64,000 nt of DNA from Takakia lepidozioides (taxonomy: Eukaryota; Plantae; Bryophyta). The notes beneath the pieces were generated by a model. That model was not told where the DNA came from. It worked only from the letters and a program-made list of their open reading frames with translations, and ran no database searches. The translations under genes and the position numbers were made by a program. The stretch spans positions 71,424,001-71,488,000 of the forward strand of contig CM060733.1 of assembly GCA_030704615.1 (NCBI GenBank), given 5' to 3'. This document shows positions 11,461 to 23,200 of this stretch, piece by piece; the stretch's first letter is position 1, and every line of letters begins with the position of its first letter.

Positions 11461-12351
11461 CACATTAGGATTAATTTGCCACAAGTCGTAGTCGTTTCGG
11501 AGGCAGCACATCGGCAGCTGTGTACTTCTTCTCATTTCTGATGTTTACCTGTCAACAAGAAACAAGTAATTTTGTCAGAAGCTGTCATAACATTTGAAGC
11601 TGTGAATGGATAACCATGATTTCACATACCAAATTCCACATACCTTTTTGGACTTGATCCCATCCTCATCCACCAAGATCGTGAAGTCCTCAAGAATGTC
11701 TGATCCAAAAGCAATCGCAATCTCATGTCGAATGCTTGACATTGACCACTGTCGCCCAACCTCAATTTCTTGTTGTCTTGCTTCATATTCACACATAAGC
11801 TGACCATCTCCACAGACTGAACCTGATCCATCGTCTCCCATTTGTTTTCGGATATCATGCGTTGCCGATTGAATTGAAATGTGGCGTATAAAGCAGATCG
11901 GCCAATGTGATATCTGAATTTCAGTGTTGAACGATCAACAACACATCTAATGACATCTGCTTAAATGGTGATTTTTGTATCCCATCCACTGTCCATCAGT
12001 GATTCCAACAGCTTCTCACATGGTTCATTGAAAGTGAACATGGTATTGTGCTGGCCACGGAAAATAGATCTATCATTACTCCAATTGGCATAAACCATTG
12101 TAAGTGGGTTGATTTGCTTCATGTTCTGGGTTTCATAGAGGATAAGAAATCAGACCGTAACTTAAGTCTGAAAGTCTTACGGGTCGCCATGTCCGGTAAT
12201 GGCCAAGCTGGGTCACTAAAACCAGGAAGAGGGATCGGCTGCACTGTTCCAAACTCGGATCTACCATTGCATGGGGTGTAAAATGCATTGTAGAAGTACA
12301 CATGATCACGCAGAAGCTCCTTGTGCGTTCGATTTCCACGGCAAGCCTCAC

Positions 12352-13206
12352 TGATAACGGCTATGCTACGAGGGACAGACAACGAGGGTCACAACGGGAC
12401 ATACCAGGTAGTGATGGACGTACACTACCTAGGCCACAGGCAGAGATGGCCAAGTACGCGGTACTTAGCCAATGGCGGGACAAGGGTACATTACCACGAG
12501 AGCAGTAGTGAGTAGTGTAGTAACCATGAGCCGTGAACCACGATATCACACGGCCACGTTAGCATCGGCTTTAACCAATAGAGAGAGTAGTGGACCGTTT
12601 ACCACTATGGCTCACGACCACTGCAACGAACCACCTTTTTAGCAAACCTTTTAGGTTGCATAGGCAGTTAGGCAAACGGTCATTAACGACCGCAGACTGT
12701 AACGACTCTTTGGAGCATAGTATAAAAAAACTGCACGCAACTTAGAAGGTGTGCGATATGAGTATCAGTGATCAGTGTGTATTCAGTGTATACTTCAGTG
12801 ATGATATGACGGACTCTGAAGTAAAGCCATGCTATTCGCAGTATTTCTGTGTACAGTGAACGTGAGATGGAGAGAATGTGTATTATGCGAGAACGTGAGA
12901 TGGTGGGAATGTGTATCATTTCAGGATAGTTCTTGTTTGCCTTGACTACCAATTGCTTTACAACTTTAGTCTTTTCGATTAAGATCTTTCATGCCAAAGA
13001 GACTGTAAGTTGAGCTCAATCAATAGGATTAAGCAGCCTGCATGGAGATGAATTCATACGATGTTCATGGTTTAGCTATCCTTAAAACGATTACTTCGTA
13101 ATCGTTTCTGAAAGCATACCGTCGGACAACCTCTGTTGCATATCTTAGGAAATGGGCAGTAGTGCTAATAGCCTGTTTTGTCTAAGTCATAAACCAGCGG
13201 TTAACA
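12352..13206 (+). repeat. 5' LTR of the outer Gypsy element
   Basis: Starts TGATAACGG and ends CGGTTAACA (imperfect terminal inverted repeat). TATA-like TATAAAA at 12721. Followed directly by a PBS. The left boundary is inferred. Confidence 0.65.
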
Positions 13207-13208
13207 TT

Positions 13209-13227
13209 TGGCGACCATACTGGGGAC
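13209..13227 (+). promoter_or_regulatory. Primer-binding site (tRNA-Arg-like, Ogre/Tat style)
   Basis: TGGCGACCATACTGGGGAC lies 2 nt after the LTR-terminal CA. The tRNA assignment is from memory of Ogre/Tat PBS sequences. Confidence 0.7.
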
Positions 13228-13602
13228 TAACGGTATGTTGAGTTCAAGAGTACTCAAAGAAGGATGGTTACTCAATGATTTCTTGAAATCACGACAAAAC
13301 GAGTCAACGGAAGCAAAGGAATGGAAAACATTCCTGGAAAAATTTCATGGCTTACCAAGAGCAATACAACAGAAGATCTTTCTTTCAGTCGCGAAAGAAG
13401 ATGACAAGTGGGGATTGAAGGAAGGAGTGATCAGTATTACACGAGCACCTTGGGAATGTAGGATTAGAAGTGAAAAGTGGTTGTCTCGTCTAGCTTTATT
13501 GATTACTCTAATCCCAATCAGAAAAGTTTGCTACATTAGTTATATTTTCAGAGAAGGATGTTCAAATTATGAATATTGTCACACGATCATAGAAGCAGTG
13601 GA

Positions 13603-14044
13603 GTACTGGATACCCAAAGACTTATTGCAAGTCAGATACACTGAAAAAGACAGATGGTATTATTGTGCCCATTAAAAGTTTGGTGATCAATCAGTAAAAA
13701 AGAAAATTAAGTCGTAATACGGATTCTTGCAAGATAGGATAAATCTTGAAGAAAGGGTAGAGACCACTATAAATTTTCTTTACTGACATACCAAGACAAT
13801 TTAAAGGGTGCCGAAAAGGAATTGTACTGGATACCCAAAGACTTATTGCAAGTCAGATACACTGAAAAAGACAGATGGTATTATTGTGCCCATTAAAAGT
13901 TTGGTGATCAATCAGTAAAAAAGAAAATTAAGTCGTAATATGGATTCTTGCAAGATAGGATAAAACTTGAAGAAAGGGTAGAGACCACTATAAATTTTCT
14001 TTACTAACATACCAAGACAGTTTAAAGGGTGCCAAAAAGGAATT
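13603..14044 (+). repeat. 221-bp tandem duplication in the leader of the outer Gypsy
   Basis: Near-identical copies start at 13603 and 13824 (GTACTGGATACCCAAAGAC...AAAAGGAATT). Confidence 0.92.
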
Positions 14045-15740
14045 CTACATATGATGTGGGAATGAATGAGGAAATTAAAGAAAAAGCTAAACAAGACAGA
14101 GCTGAACGAATAGAGAAATATGGTGCAGAAAGGGAGGCTCGGTTAAGAGAAGAGTTCCCAGAATTACAGAACTTGAATATTATTCAAGGTGAGACATCAA
14201 GACAAATTGACAGTGATAAACCAGAAGATCAGGAAATCGGATCGGTGGGAAGTGGGAACACTACACCAAAAGAAGTTGCCAGTAATGTACTTGATGAATG
14301 GTTACCACAAGAAAGATCTGAAGGACCTTCTACAGTAACAAGTCCAAATCGAGGTTTTGCTGAAATATTAGAAGAAAGATTTGAGAACATTCTGAGTGAA
14401 GAAGGTGAAAGAAGTGAAAGCACTTCTCCAGAAAGGATAACCAGAACTGCACTCAAAGCTTTTAAAGATTCATTAAGCTTAGTAGGGACAGCAGCTGGGA
14501 GACGACTATCATTGGGACAAGGACCTCCTAGCTTTGAATCACTGTTTGGAAGACAAACACCAACACCACTCCAGCCAGCAGTAGCGGGACCATCCCAGTT
14601 TGGGCAACCAGTTGCACTAGCTGCACCGATGGCTTTAGCAGCAAGCAAAACCAGACCACCATTTCCTTTATATGATGGGAAATCTGATCCGGATATCCAT
14701 CTTAATCAATTTGAAAACATGTGCACCATTTACAATGAAGCAACAGACCACGAGAAGATCCGACTATTTCCTTGTTCAATGGCCTGGAAAGACATTGAAT
14801 GGTTGGCAACCTTTCCAGCCAATCACTTTGCGAATTGGGCGGATATGAGAGCCGCGTTTCAAGAAAGATATAGATCCAACAAATCCACGTCTGAAATCTT
14901 CACATGATTACAGAACCTGAGACAGAAAAAGAAAGAATTGGTAGTCGACTACCTGGAGAGAATGAAGACTTTGATCAGGAAGCTACCTCAAGCACCAGGG
15001 GATGATTTGCAAAAATCATGGTTCACCAATGGACTTCGTCCTGAATACGTAACCATGGTTAGAGTCATGCCTAACAACACTTTGGCTGAAGAAGTAGGGA
15101 CTGCAAAGAAGTTGGAATTGGGATTCCATCAGAGCAGAAGCAAAGATTCCAAGGATCCCTTGGAAGAAGAAGACTTTGATGATGAAGAAAAGCCCAAGCA
15201 AAAGAAGAAAGAAGTGATTGCAAAAACCACTTTGGATCAGAAGATAGCAAAGGCTATCAAGAAATTTAAAGATGAAGGGCCACGAAACGCAACATGGTGT
15301 CACAAATGCGGGACTGCATGACACCTGGCAACGGAATGCCATATGAAGGACAAATACTGTGATATTTGTCATATGAACAATCATAATACCAGCCATTGTA
15401 TTTACAACCAACGGGCCAAGAAGACTGGGTACACACGAGAGGTGGGGGTACACCAAGTTCAAATCCAACGGGGAGGATCGGACGAACAAAGACAATACAA
15501 TATGGGTAATTGTTATCAGAGACCACGAGATGAATATCCACCAAGGGATAGGGAACATCAACCCAGAAACAAAGAAAGCACGAGATGCCACTATTGCAAG
15601 AAAGAATGGCACTGGAAACATGAATGTCAGTTGCGAATCAAGCATGAGGCAGAAGTGGGAAATATGGAAGTCGGACCGTTTCTTGGCCTGAGTTCGGGTT
15701 ACCGCAAGGGTATCCACTACAGGGGTTACCACACTTACAG
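14029..15740 (+). pseudogene. gag of the outer Gypsy (with stops)
   Basis: YDGKSDPDIHLNQFE, WADMRAAFQERY, FTNGLRP; knuckles CHKCGTA*HLATEC, CDICHMNNHNTSHC and CHYCKKEWHWKHEC. Confidence 0.85.
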
Positions 15741-15743
15741 CTG

Positions 15744-16103
15744 GATTTAGCTAAGGCAACGACAAAGCAATGTGTTCTGCTCAATTGCTCCGATGGGTTG
15801 GACTACCTAGCAATGGGCAAGTTTTTCAAAGGACTAGCGAGCAGTGGAGCATGGGCCTGTCTCAATGAATTTAATCGCATTGATCTGGAAGTCTTGTCAG
15901 TGACTGTTCAGCAGATTCTCACCATATAGCTAGCCATGCAGCAGAAGTTGAAGCGTCTTATATTTGAGGACACCGAGATATCTCTAGATTCCTCTTGCTT
16001 AGTCTACATCACCATGAATCCTGGTTGTGCAGGGCAATCAGAGCTTCCTGATAATCTGAAGGCTTTGTTCAGGTCATACGCTATGATGGCCCCTGATTAT
16101 GGC
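15744..16103 (+). pseudogene. Captured axonemal dynein heavy chain AAA1 fragment inside the outer Gypsy
   Basis: [105 protein letters not shown] is the hallmark dynein AAA1 sequence. Confidence 0.93.
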
Positions 16104-16109
16104 ATTCTC

Positions 16110-17566
16110 AATATTTGTGGCAGCCTAGGAATCATCGGACAAGAAATTGCAGGATGGACAGTATCGGAAGAAACTCAATTGATTCAAGTGAATCTGGGAA
16201 TAGTGGAAGAACCACAAATAATACGAGTAAGTGCAGGTCTTGAAGAAACATTTCTACAAGAAGCTACTGCATTATTCACTGAATACAAGGATGTATTTGC
16301 CTGGAACTACAAAGATTTGAAGGGTATACCTTCTAATATCTGTCAACACCGAATTGAATTAGAAGTTGACACAAAACCAATTCGTCAGAACCGTTACAGA
16401 ATGAACCCCAACTATGTAGCTAAAGTTTGGGAAGAAATCAAGAAGTTACTGGATGCAGGATTCATATACCCAGTAGAGACACCACAATGGTTATCGCCCA
16501 TTGTGATAGTACCCAAGAAAAATGGAAAACTACGAGTGTGTGTGGACTACCGCAAGTTAAACGCAGGAACCAAGAAAGACCCTTTTCCACTACCTTTCAC
16601 TGAAATAGTGTTGGACACAGTGGCTGGACATGAGATGTACTCATTCATGGATGGGTTTAGTGGGTACAACCTGGTACAGATGGCAGAAGAAGACCGAGAA
16701 AAGACCGCATTCATCACTGAATGGGGAGCATATGCTTACAAAATCATGTCATTTGGACTTTGCAATGCACCAGCCAGATTTCAACGAGCAGTATCTGAGA
16801 TATTCAAGAACTATCTCAATGATTTTATGCAGGTATTTTTGGATGATTTCAGTGTCTTCGGACAGAAATCCAAACATTTGGCACAGTTAAAACTTTGCCT
16901 ATAAGCCTGCAGAAACAATGGAGTAAGTCTCAACCCGGAAAAATGTACATTCTGTGTGAATTTAGGATTATTATTGGGACACATTGTGTGCCAACAGGGA
17001 ATTCTGGTAGATCCAAAGAAAGTGGAGGTTATCCAGAAAATACCACCACCAGAAAATCCCAAGAAACTCAAGAGATTTCTGGGACAGACGAGCTATTACG
17101 GAAGGTACATGGACAAATATGCTCACAGAGCGGCACCAGTCTATAGACTACTGAAGCAAGATGCCGAATACTGATGGTCTCCAGCTTGCCAGGAATCATT
17201 TGATTCACTAGAAAGGGCACTCACAGCAGCGCCAATTCTGATAAATCCAAGATGGGATTTACCATTTCATGTACACAGTGATGCATCAGGCATTGCTTTG
17301 GGAGCAGTTGTAGCTCAGAATGTGACAGGCACAATAGATTCACCAAATCTATTATGCAAGCAGGTTACTGACAACAGCCGAAAGAATTATAGCACCACAG
17401 AAAGGGAAGCATTCGCAATGATTTATGCTGTTCAAAAATTTCGGCAATATTTACTTGGCAATCGATTTAAGTTTATTGTGGATCATCAGGCTCTAGTTCA
17501 TTTAGCAAATCGACCACTAGCTAATGGCAGGGTTGCTCGATGGTTATTACTTCTTCATGAGTATGA
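16110..17566 (+). pseudogene. RT-RNase H of the outer Gypsy (continues at 28629)
   Basis: [70 protein letters not shown] resumes as FEVVHKPG after the nested insertion. Confidence 0.9.
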
Positions 17567-19785
17567 TGTAGTGTGAATGCAGGGGAGTGACATTACATTT
17601 TGTCTTACCGTTAAGACCCTGCATCACTACAACGGGAGTGCCCGTTGTACAACTGCAGGAGGGATATATCCCTGCATACAGGTGATTTCATGGGCATACT
17701 GTGCTTATGCTTTGCCAGGATAAAAATGGCTAAGTCATGACCATGCGTATTTTCATCCGTAGGATGCACGTTTTCATCCCAGGTGTTTAACCTAGAAACG
17801 CGGGTTGAGGAAAACGAAGAGGAAGATGACGGGCAACTCTTAGCAGCTGCTGCGAGCAGTGGGGTTGTCAGGGCCGTCTGTTTGTGGGAGGTTGTACCTA
17901 CGCTATGGGACTCTGCTTGGTTTTGAGAGCGGCATTAAGTGCTTCTGCTTGGTATTCTGTGTAAGGGAAAGTGGTGCCGCTTCTCTCGTAGTGATGATCA
18001 ATTCCTGGAGTAGGGACATGTAAGAAGAGCGGCGCACCACCGCTCTCGCCATTTGCCTTGAAGAAAACAGTTATGGGCAGATGAGCAAGCAAGGAAAACG
18101 GCCAGCTGCCGGAAGCAAAAGGAAGTGAGTTGTGGGCACAATCAATGGAGGGGATGAGGCATGTGAAGTGCTGGCTGGATGGCAACTCAGGTTATCTGTA
18201 ATCAAAGCTTATAGCTGCTTTTGTGTCATCTTACTATAGGACCATATCAATTCTTAGGGAAGAATTGCACACATAGAAGGATAGAGTATTTAGTTGGCAA
18301 GCCACAGGATGTTCCATAGGATGAAGAGGAGCCATCATGGCATGATAAATACTGGAATCAAGACAAGGAGAATAGGTTGAAGTGGCTGCTGACAGGCGAT
18401 GGTGAGGTGCCATCTTGGCAGGCAGATCCACCGCTTCGCTGGAGGATAAAACAGATAAGTTCGTAGACTGTGGGCTTCGGTTTTTGGGGGAGTGGTGACT
18501 TAGAAATCGTTTTGGTGTGGATTTAGGACTGGCTCTATGTAGAGGAGAAGGAGGTAGAGATATGTGATGGAGGAAAAGGTTTTGGAAATGGAATGGAGAC
18601 TCTGAAACTTCAAACCAGGATAGGGAAAGGATGGATGCACCTGATGTTATAGTGTCAGTAGGAGAAATGAGTGGTGGAGAGACTGCTTGTCACTGAATCA
18701 GAATGGTCACTGTTTATCTTCATTCTTGTTCTTTGTTTCAGTGTTATGAACCTGCACACAATGCTGCCCTGGGTATTGATACACTGGAACCAATGTAGGC
18801 CTAGCTTGGCTGATTGAAAACACCAGTGAGGGTTAGTTAGAACTATTGAAAACAGAGAAAGGATAATGTGGAAGGGGAGGCAACACCGGCACTGATTTGT
18901 TTTTCTTTTGGAACTAGTTTCCAGCATGGTCTCAGGGTATGAACAACTGAGGTTCATAGTTGAAGGGAAAAGAGGGTTGTTGGGGTATTTGGTTGAAACC
19001 TATAGAAAGGCTGAGAGCTGTTTGGGCAATGGCTTCTTTGGAAAAAGGTAGTGTGAATGGCTGGTCATTGACAAGAGAGAGAGAGAGAGAGAGAGAGAGT
19101 GATGAATGGGATGGTTATGCCTTGTGTGACCGAGGATGATTTCAAGGCTGGGTGCACTGGATGCCTGGCTGAGTTGTGCATTGCATTGCATGGTAGATAT
19201 GCTGCTGTTGAAGAAGTGAGGAACCTGTAGACCAAGATTAGAGAGAGAGAGAAAAGGATTTGGGAAGGGAGAGAGCTGCTCAGTAAAAGGGGTTGATGGG
19301 GGATGGCCAATTTGGGGAAATAAGATGAAGAAAACATGAACCCTGAAAGAGACCAGTGGCCCTGCAGTTCATGGCAGATCTGAGCTGCCTCCCTCTAAAT
19401 CTGTGTCACCATTACAAAAGGGGGCTTCTGACGTGTCATTGCTCAAGGGAGCTTCACATTAAGGGTCGTGTTCAGCGCTGTCATAGGGCTGGTTGCATCA
19501 CAGAAAAGATCATGGCAGCACTGTTGGCGCTGTGATCATAGGGCAAGGATGTTGTATAAAAATAGAACCAAGACCAAGAACAATTCAAAACTCCCCATCC
19601 ATGTCTTCTCTTCCGTTGCGGCGTGGATGAGGATTGCATGAACTCTGATCACGAACGAACTAAGGGAAATCCACAGCCATGTGAAGATGGTTGGATCACT
19701 AGAACGTTCCTTCCTTTTGCTTTGCCTTCAACTGAGGAAGAGTACAGATTAGAATCACCCAGAAGGGGATTCACGCCCCTTCTTT
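17567..19785 (+). repeat. 5' LTR of the nested Gypsy (lacks the terminal CACACTACA)
   Basis: Matches 26363-28628 at about 99% by eye. Contains (AG)13 at 19074-19099. Confidence 0.95.
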
Positions 19786-19797
19786 TGGTATCAGAGC
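19786..19797 (+). promoter_or_regulatory. Primer-binding site, tRNA-iMet
   Basis: TGGTATCAGAGC immediately follows the 5' LTR. Confidence 0.93.
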
Positions 19798-20237
19798 TTC
19801 GTTAAATCGTGATATCTACTAGCTAGGGATCTTGATTTGTGTTGTATGGTTTGATGGCAGGCAGAGACCATACACTGATTCCTGATGAACCAAGCATTGG
19901 AGATGTGCTGATTTGCTTCAGCCGACGCTCACCAAATGCCTACGCAGACCCTTGTTTGTACTTCTTCAACCCTGCTTGGAGAATAGCTGATGGTGATTTA
20001 TGTCTTAGAGTGATACATGCTGGTGGAAGAACAACCATAGTACTTTGGATAAGAGAGTTAGGAAGGTGGGAGAAGATAAATACCATGGCACGAGAAGTGA
20101 CATGGGGAGGTAGAGTAGAGATGTTGCGAAATGGACAGTGGGAGTGGTATAGAGGTCAGCATTAAGGGTGTTGCAGAAAAATTAGAATCAGAATTAGGTG
20201 TTAAAACCAGTTTGAACTCAGACTAGAGAGTAGAAGA

Positions 20238-23200
20238 ATGACCAGTCCAACTAGCATAGATGTGCCTTATCATGGTAGGAATAGTGAAGATGTGAATGAC
20301 TGGCTGGAAAGGATTCAGATGGAGGCAGATGTCAGAGATTTAAATGAGGATAAAACCTTCAAGGTAGCAAGGCTCAACCTGAGAGCCAAGGCTGATGAAT
20401 GGTACCGTAAACAAAACCCTAGACTAGGCAACTGGGAAGATTTCAGGGCAGCCATATCAGCCAAGTTTGGTGTCATTGACTTGGCAGAAATCAGGCTGAG
20501 GATGGATACCATCAAACAGGAAAATAGACAAAGGGTTCAGACATACTTTGATAGGTTGAACCGGTTGTTTATAAGAAGTGGGGCGTCTGATTTGGAACAG
20601 AGGCGTAGATTTGCAGCAGGTTTGAGACCTGAAATAGCAAGAGTAATGCTAGGCAGGCGCTTCTCTGATGTAGAGGAAGCACTTGAGACAGCCATTGAGA
20701 TTGAGAGGGGCCTGGGAAAGTTGGGGGAAATACCTCTAGAGCCATTGGAAGGAGATGATACAGATGAGTCAGTTCTGTGGACAGAAGACTTGATTAGTTA
20801 AACACTACCCTACAGAAGTACTTTGATAGGGGACCAGTCATAGGAGAAAGCTCTGGATCTAGAACACCTCCTCGTGTTTGCCTTTGTAACGTTTGTCATA
20901 AAGAAGGTCACATAGCTACATATTGTCCTGAAGGAAGAACCCAAGCTAAGTGTGACAAATGTCACCGGTTTGGGCATTCCACGGAAATGTGTGGTGTGAG
21001 ATGCAACTTTTGCAAGATACTAGGGCATACAGAGAGTGAGTGCAGTAGAAAACTTGACCAGACTATGATGGGAACTCCTGGAACTAACTTTGTAGATGTG
21101 TTCTATGATGATGAGGATGATGTACTCGCAGAAATGACAGATCTGATGTCACAAAACAGTATCAATGAAGTCAGACTTCCAAGGACGCGTATCCCTGTCC
21201 AGAGTCCTACTGTCGAACCTACAGAGTCACCAGAGAGGAATGGTGAGAGCAGTGAACAGCCAAGCAAGACCAAGAGTGAGATCTACCCAAAGAACAATTT
21301 CAAAGTTGCCATAGAAGGAGGTACTAAATCCAGAATCCTGAACCACTTCTACAAGGGGAGAATATCCTTGTCTCCCATGGACCTAATCATGACTGTGCCC
21401 GGAGAGTTAGACAAATTAAAGGGGCTGGTCAAAGTGGTGGAAAGGGCAATGGTACAACAAAAGGAGACAACTCACAGTGTAGAAATTGTGAGGGATGTTC
21501 CAAGGCCTTTGTACCCAGCACACGCTGAGCCCACGATCTCGTATGCTTATACTGGTAAGGTTAAAGCGCTTCATGTAATGATTACAATGGGAGATTACCA
21601 AGTATTAGGCCAAATTGACACCGGTGCCATGCTTTCTGTAATATCCGTAAGTACAGTAAGGGATTTTGGTCTGATGGGATCTGTTGTTACTGATAAGGAT
21701 GTAAATTACAGAGTAGCCTCAGGTGCTCTTGAGACTGCAATGGGCAGACTTGAGGACATCAAGGTCAAAGTAGGAGAGCTGACCAATCGCTTGTCCTTTA
21801 TGGTGGTAAACACGGATACGTATCACATGCTTTTGGGCTTGGACTTTCTCAAAAAGTTTGGCGCGGTAGTTGACACCGAAGCTGAAACGATTCGTGTACG
21901 CTATGGGCCAGGAAAGGATTTTGCTCACTTCCCTTTGCACACTATAAATTATAATGAGCCTGCAGTCACCAGAACAGCCTACCACAGAGGGGATGAGGGC
22001 AGAGTAAGGTATGCAAGCACTACGTCAGCAGGAAATGTCTTGACCCTGACATCAGATGAACAGTACCTAGGTTTGTGGGAAGAAGAAAGAAAGCCCGAGG
22101 AAGAGTTTGTGGACACGGAGGAAGGATCTCCAGACTCTAACAGCTCTGAATCTGATAAAGATGAGGAGATGGGAGGATATGAGGAGAACGAAAAGGTAGA
22201 TAGAGCCCTGAAGAATGTAGAGGAGATAATAGATAATGTCAACCTAGGGGAGGATTTGTTCAAAAACCAAGGGATGTCTGAACTCCTTCATGAAGAGACC
22301 CATCGTAGCATGGCTGCCTATATCATACAGGAAGCTTACCAGAAAGCTTGGAATGGTGAACTAGGGAACAACAACGTGGAAATAGAGGATGATTTCCATG
22401 ATTGGAATCAGGTTGTGACTCAGGAAGAAAGGCAGAGGGTAGCTAACTTTGTACACCAGGTGGAGGGAAAGAGTTGGGAACCCAGCCATGAAGAAGAAAT
22501 GGAGAGTCGTTGGAGAAGTCTGAAATCCAGACTTCACATCAATCCAGAGCTAGCCCCATAACATAGGATAGAACTGGAGCAAGAGCTGAGAGAAAATCAG
22601 GAATGTTTTGCTCTTAGCAAAGGTTACTTGGGTTATTGCAGTGAGGTGGAACATACAATTGATACACAAGGTTTTCCCCCTTGCAGAAGTTGTCCCAGCC
22701 GCCTATCAGAGTGGGAGGAAAACGAGGTACAAAGACAAATTGAGACTTTGATCTCACAAGGTAAGATGCAGGAAAGTAGTTCAGAATGGTCATGTCCAGT
22801 CACCCTTCCACCAAAAAAGGATGGATCCAAGCGTTTTTGTGGTGATTTCAGGCCGGTGAACCGCTTGACTAGGAGGTACTCTTACCCTATGCCATTAATT
22901 CAGGATGTTTTGAACCAGTTGGGGAGAGCCAAGTGGTTCTCTGCTCTGGATTTACAATCTGGTTTTTGGCAGATTAAGATGGACGACCGAGATATAAGCA
23001 AAACAGCAGTAATCACCAAGAAGGGATTGTATGAATGGCTAGTCATGCCATTTGGGCTAAAAAATGCCACTGCTACTTTCCAAAGAACAATGAATAGGGT
23101 GCTTAAGGAAGAAATTAAAGATTGCGCCAAGGTCTTTGTAGATGACGTCAATATCCATAGCAAGGACTGGGCAGATCACGTGGGGCACATAAAGAGAGTA

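Noticed and set aside
12050-12110. ATG5-like motif (LQWFMPIGVMIDLF) on the minus strand
   Set aside because: The match is short, the flanks do not resemble ATG5, and there is no supporting exon structure.
15744-16103. Functional host dynein gene at this locus
   Set aside because: It is an isolated 360-bp piece with an internal stop and a degraded Walker B (LNEFNR), embedded in a retroelement, with no other dynein exons in the window.
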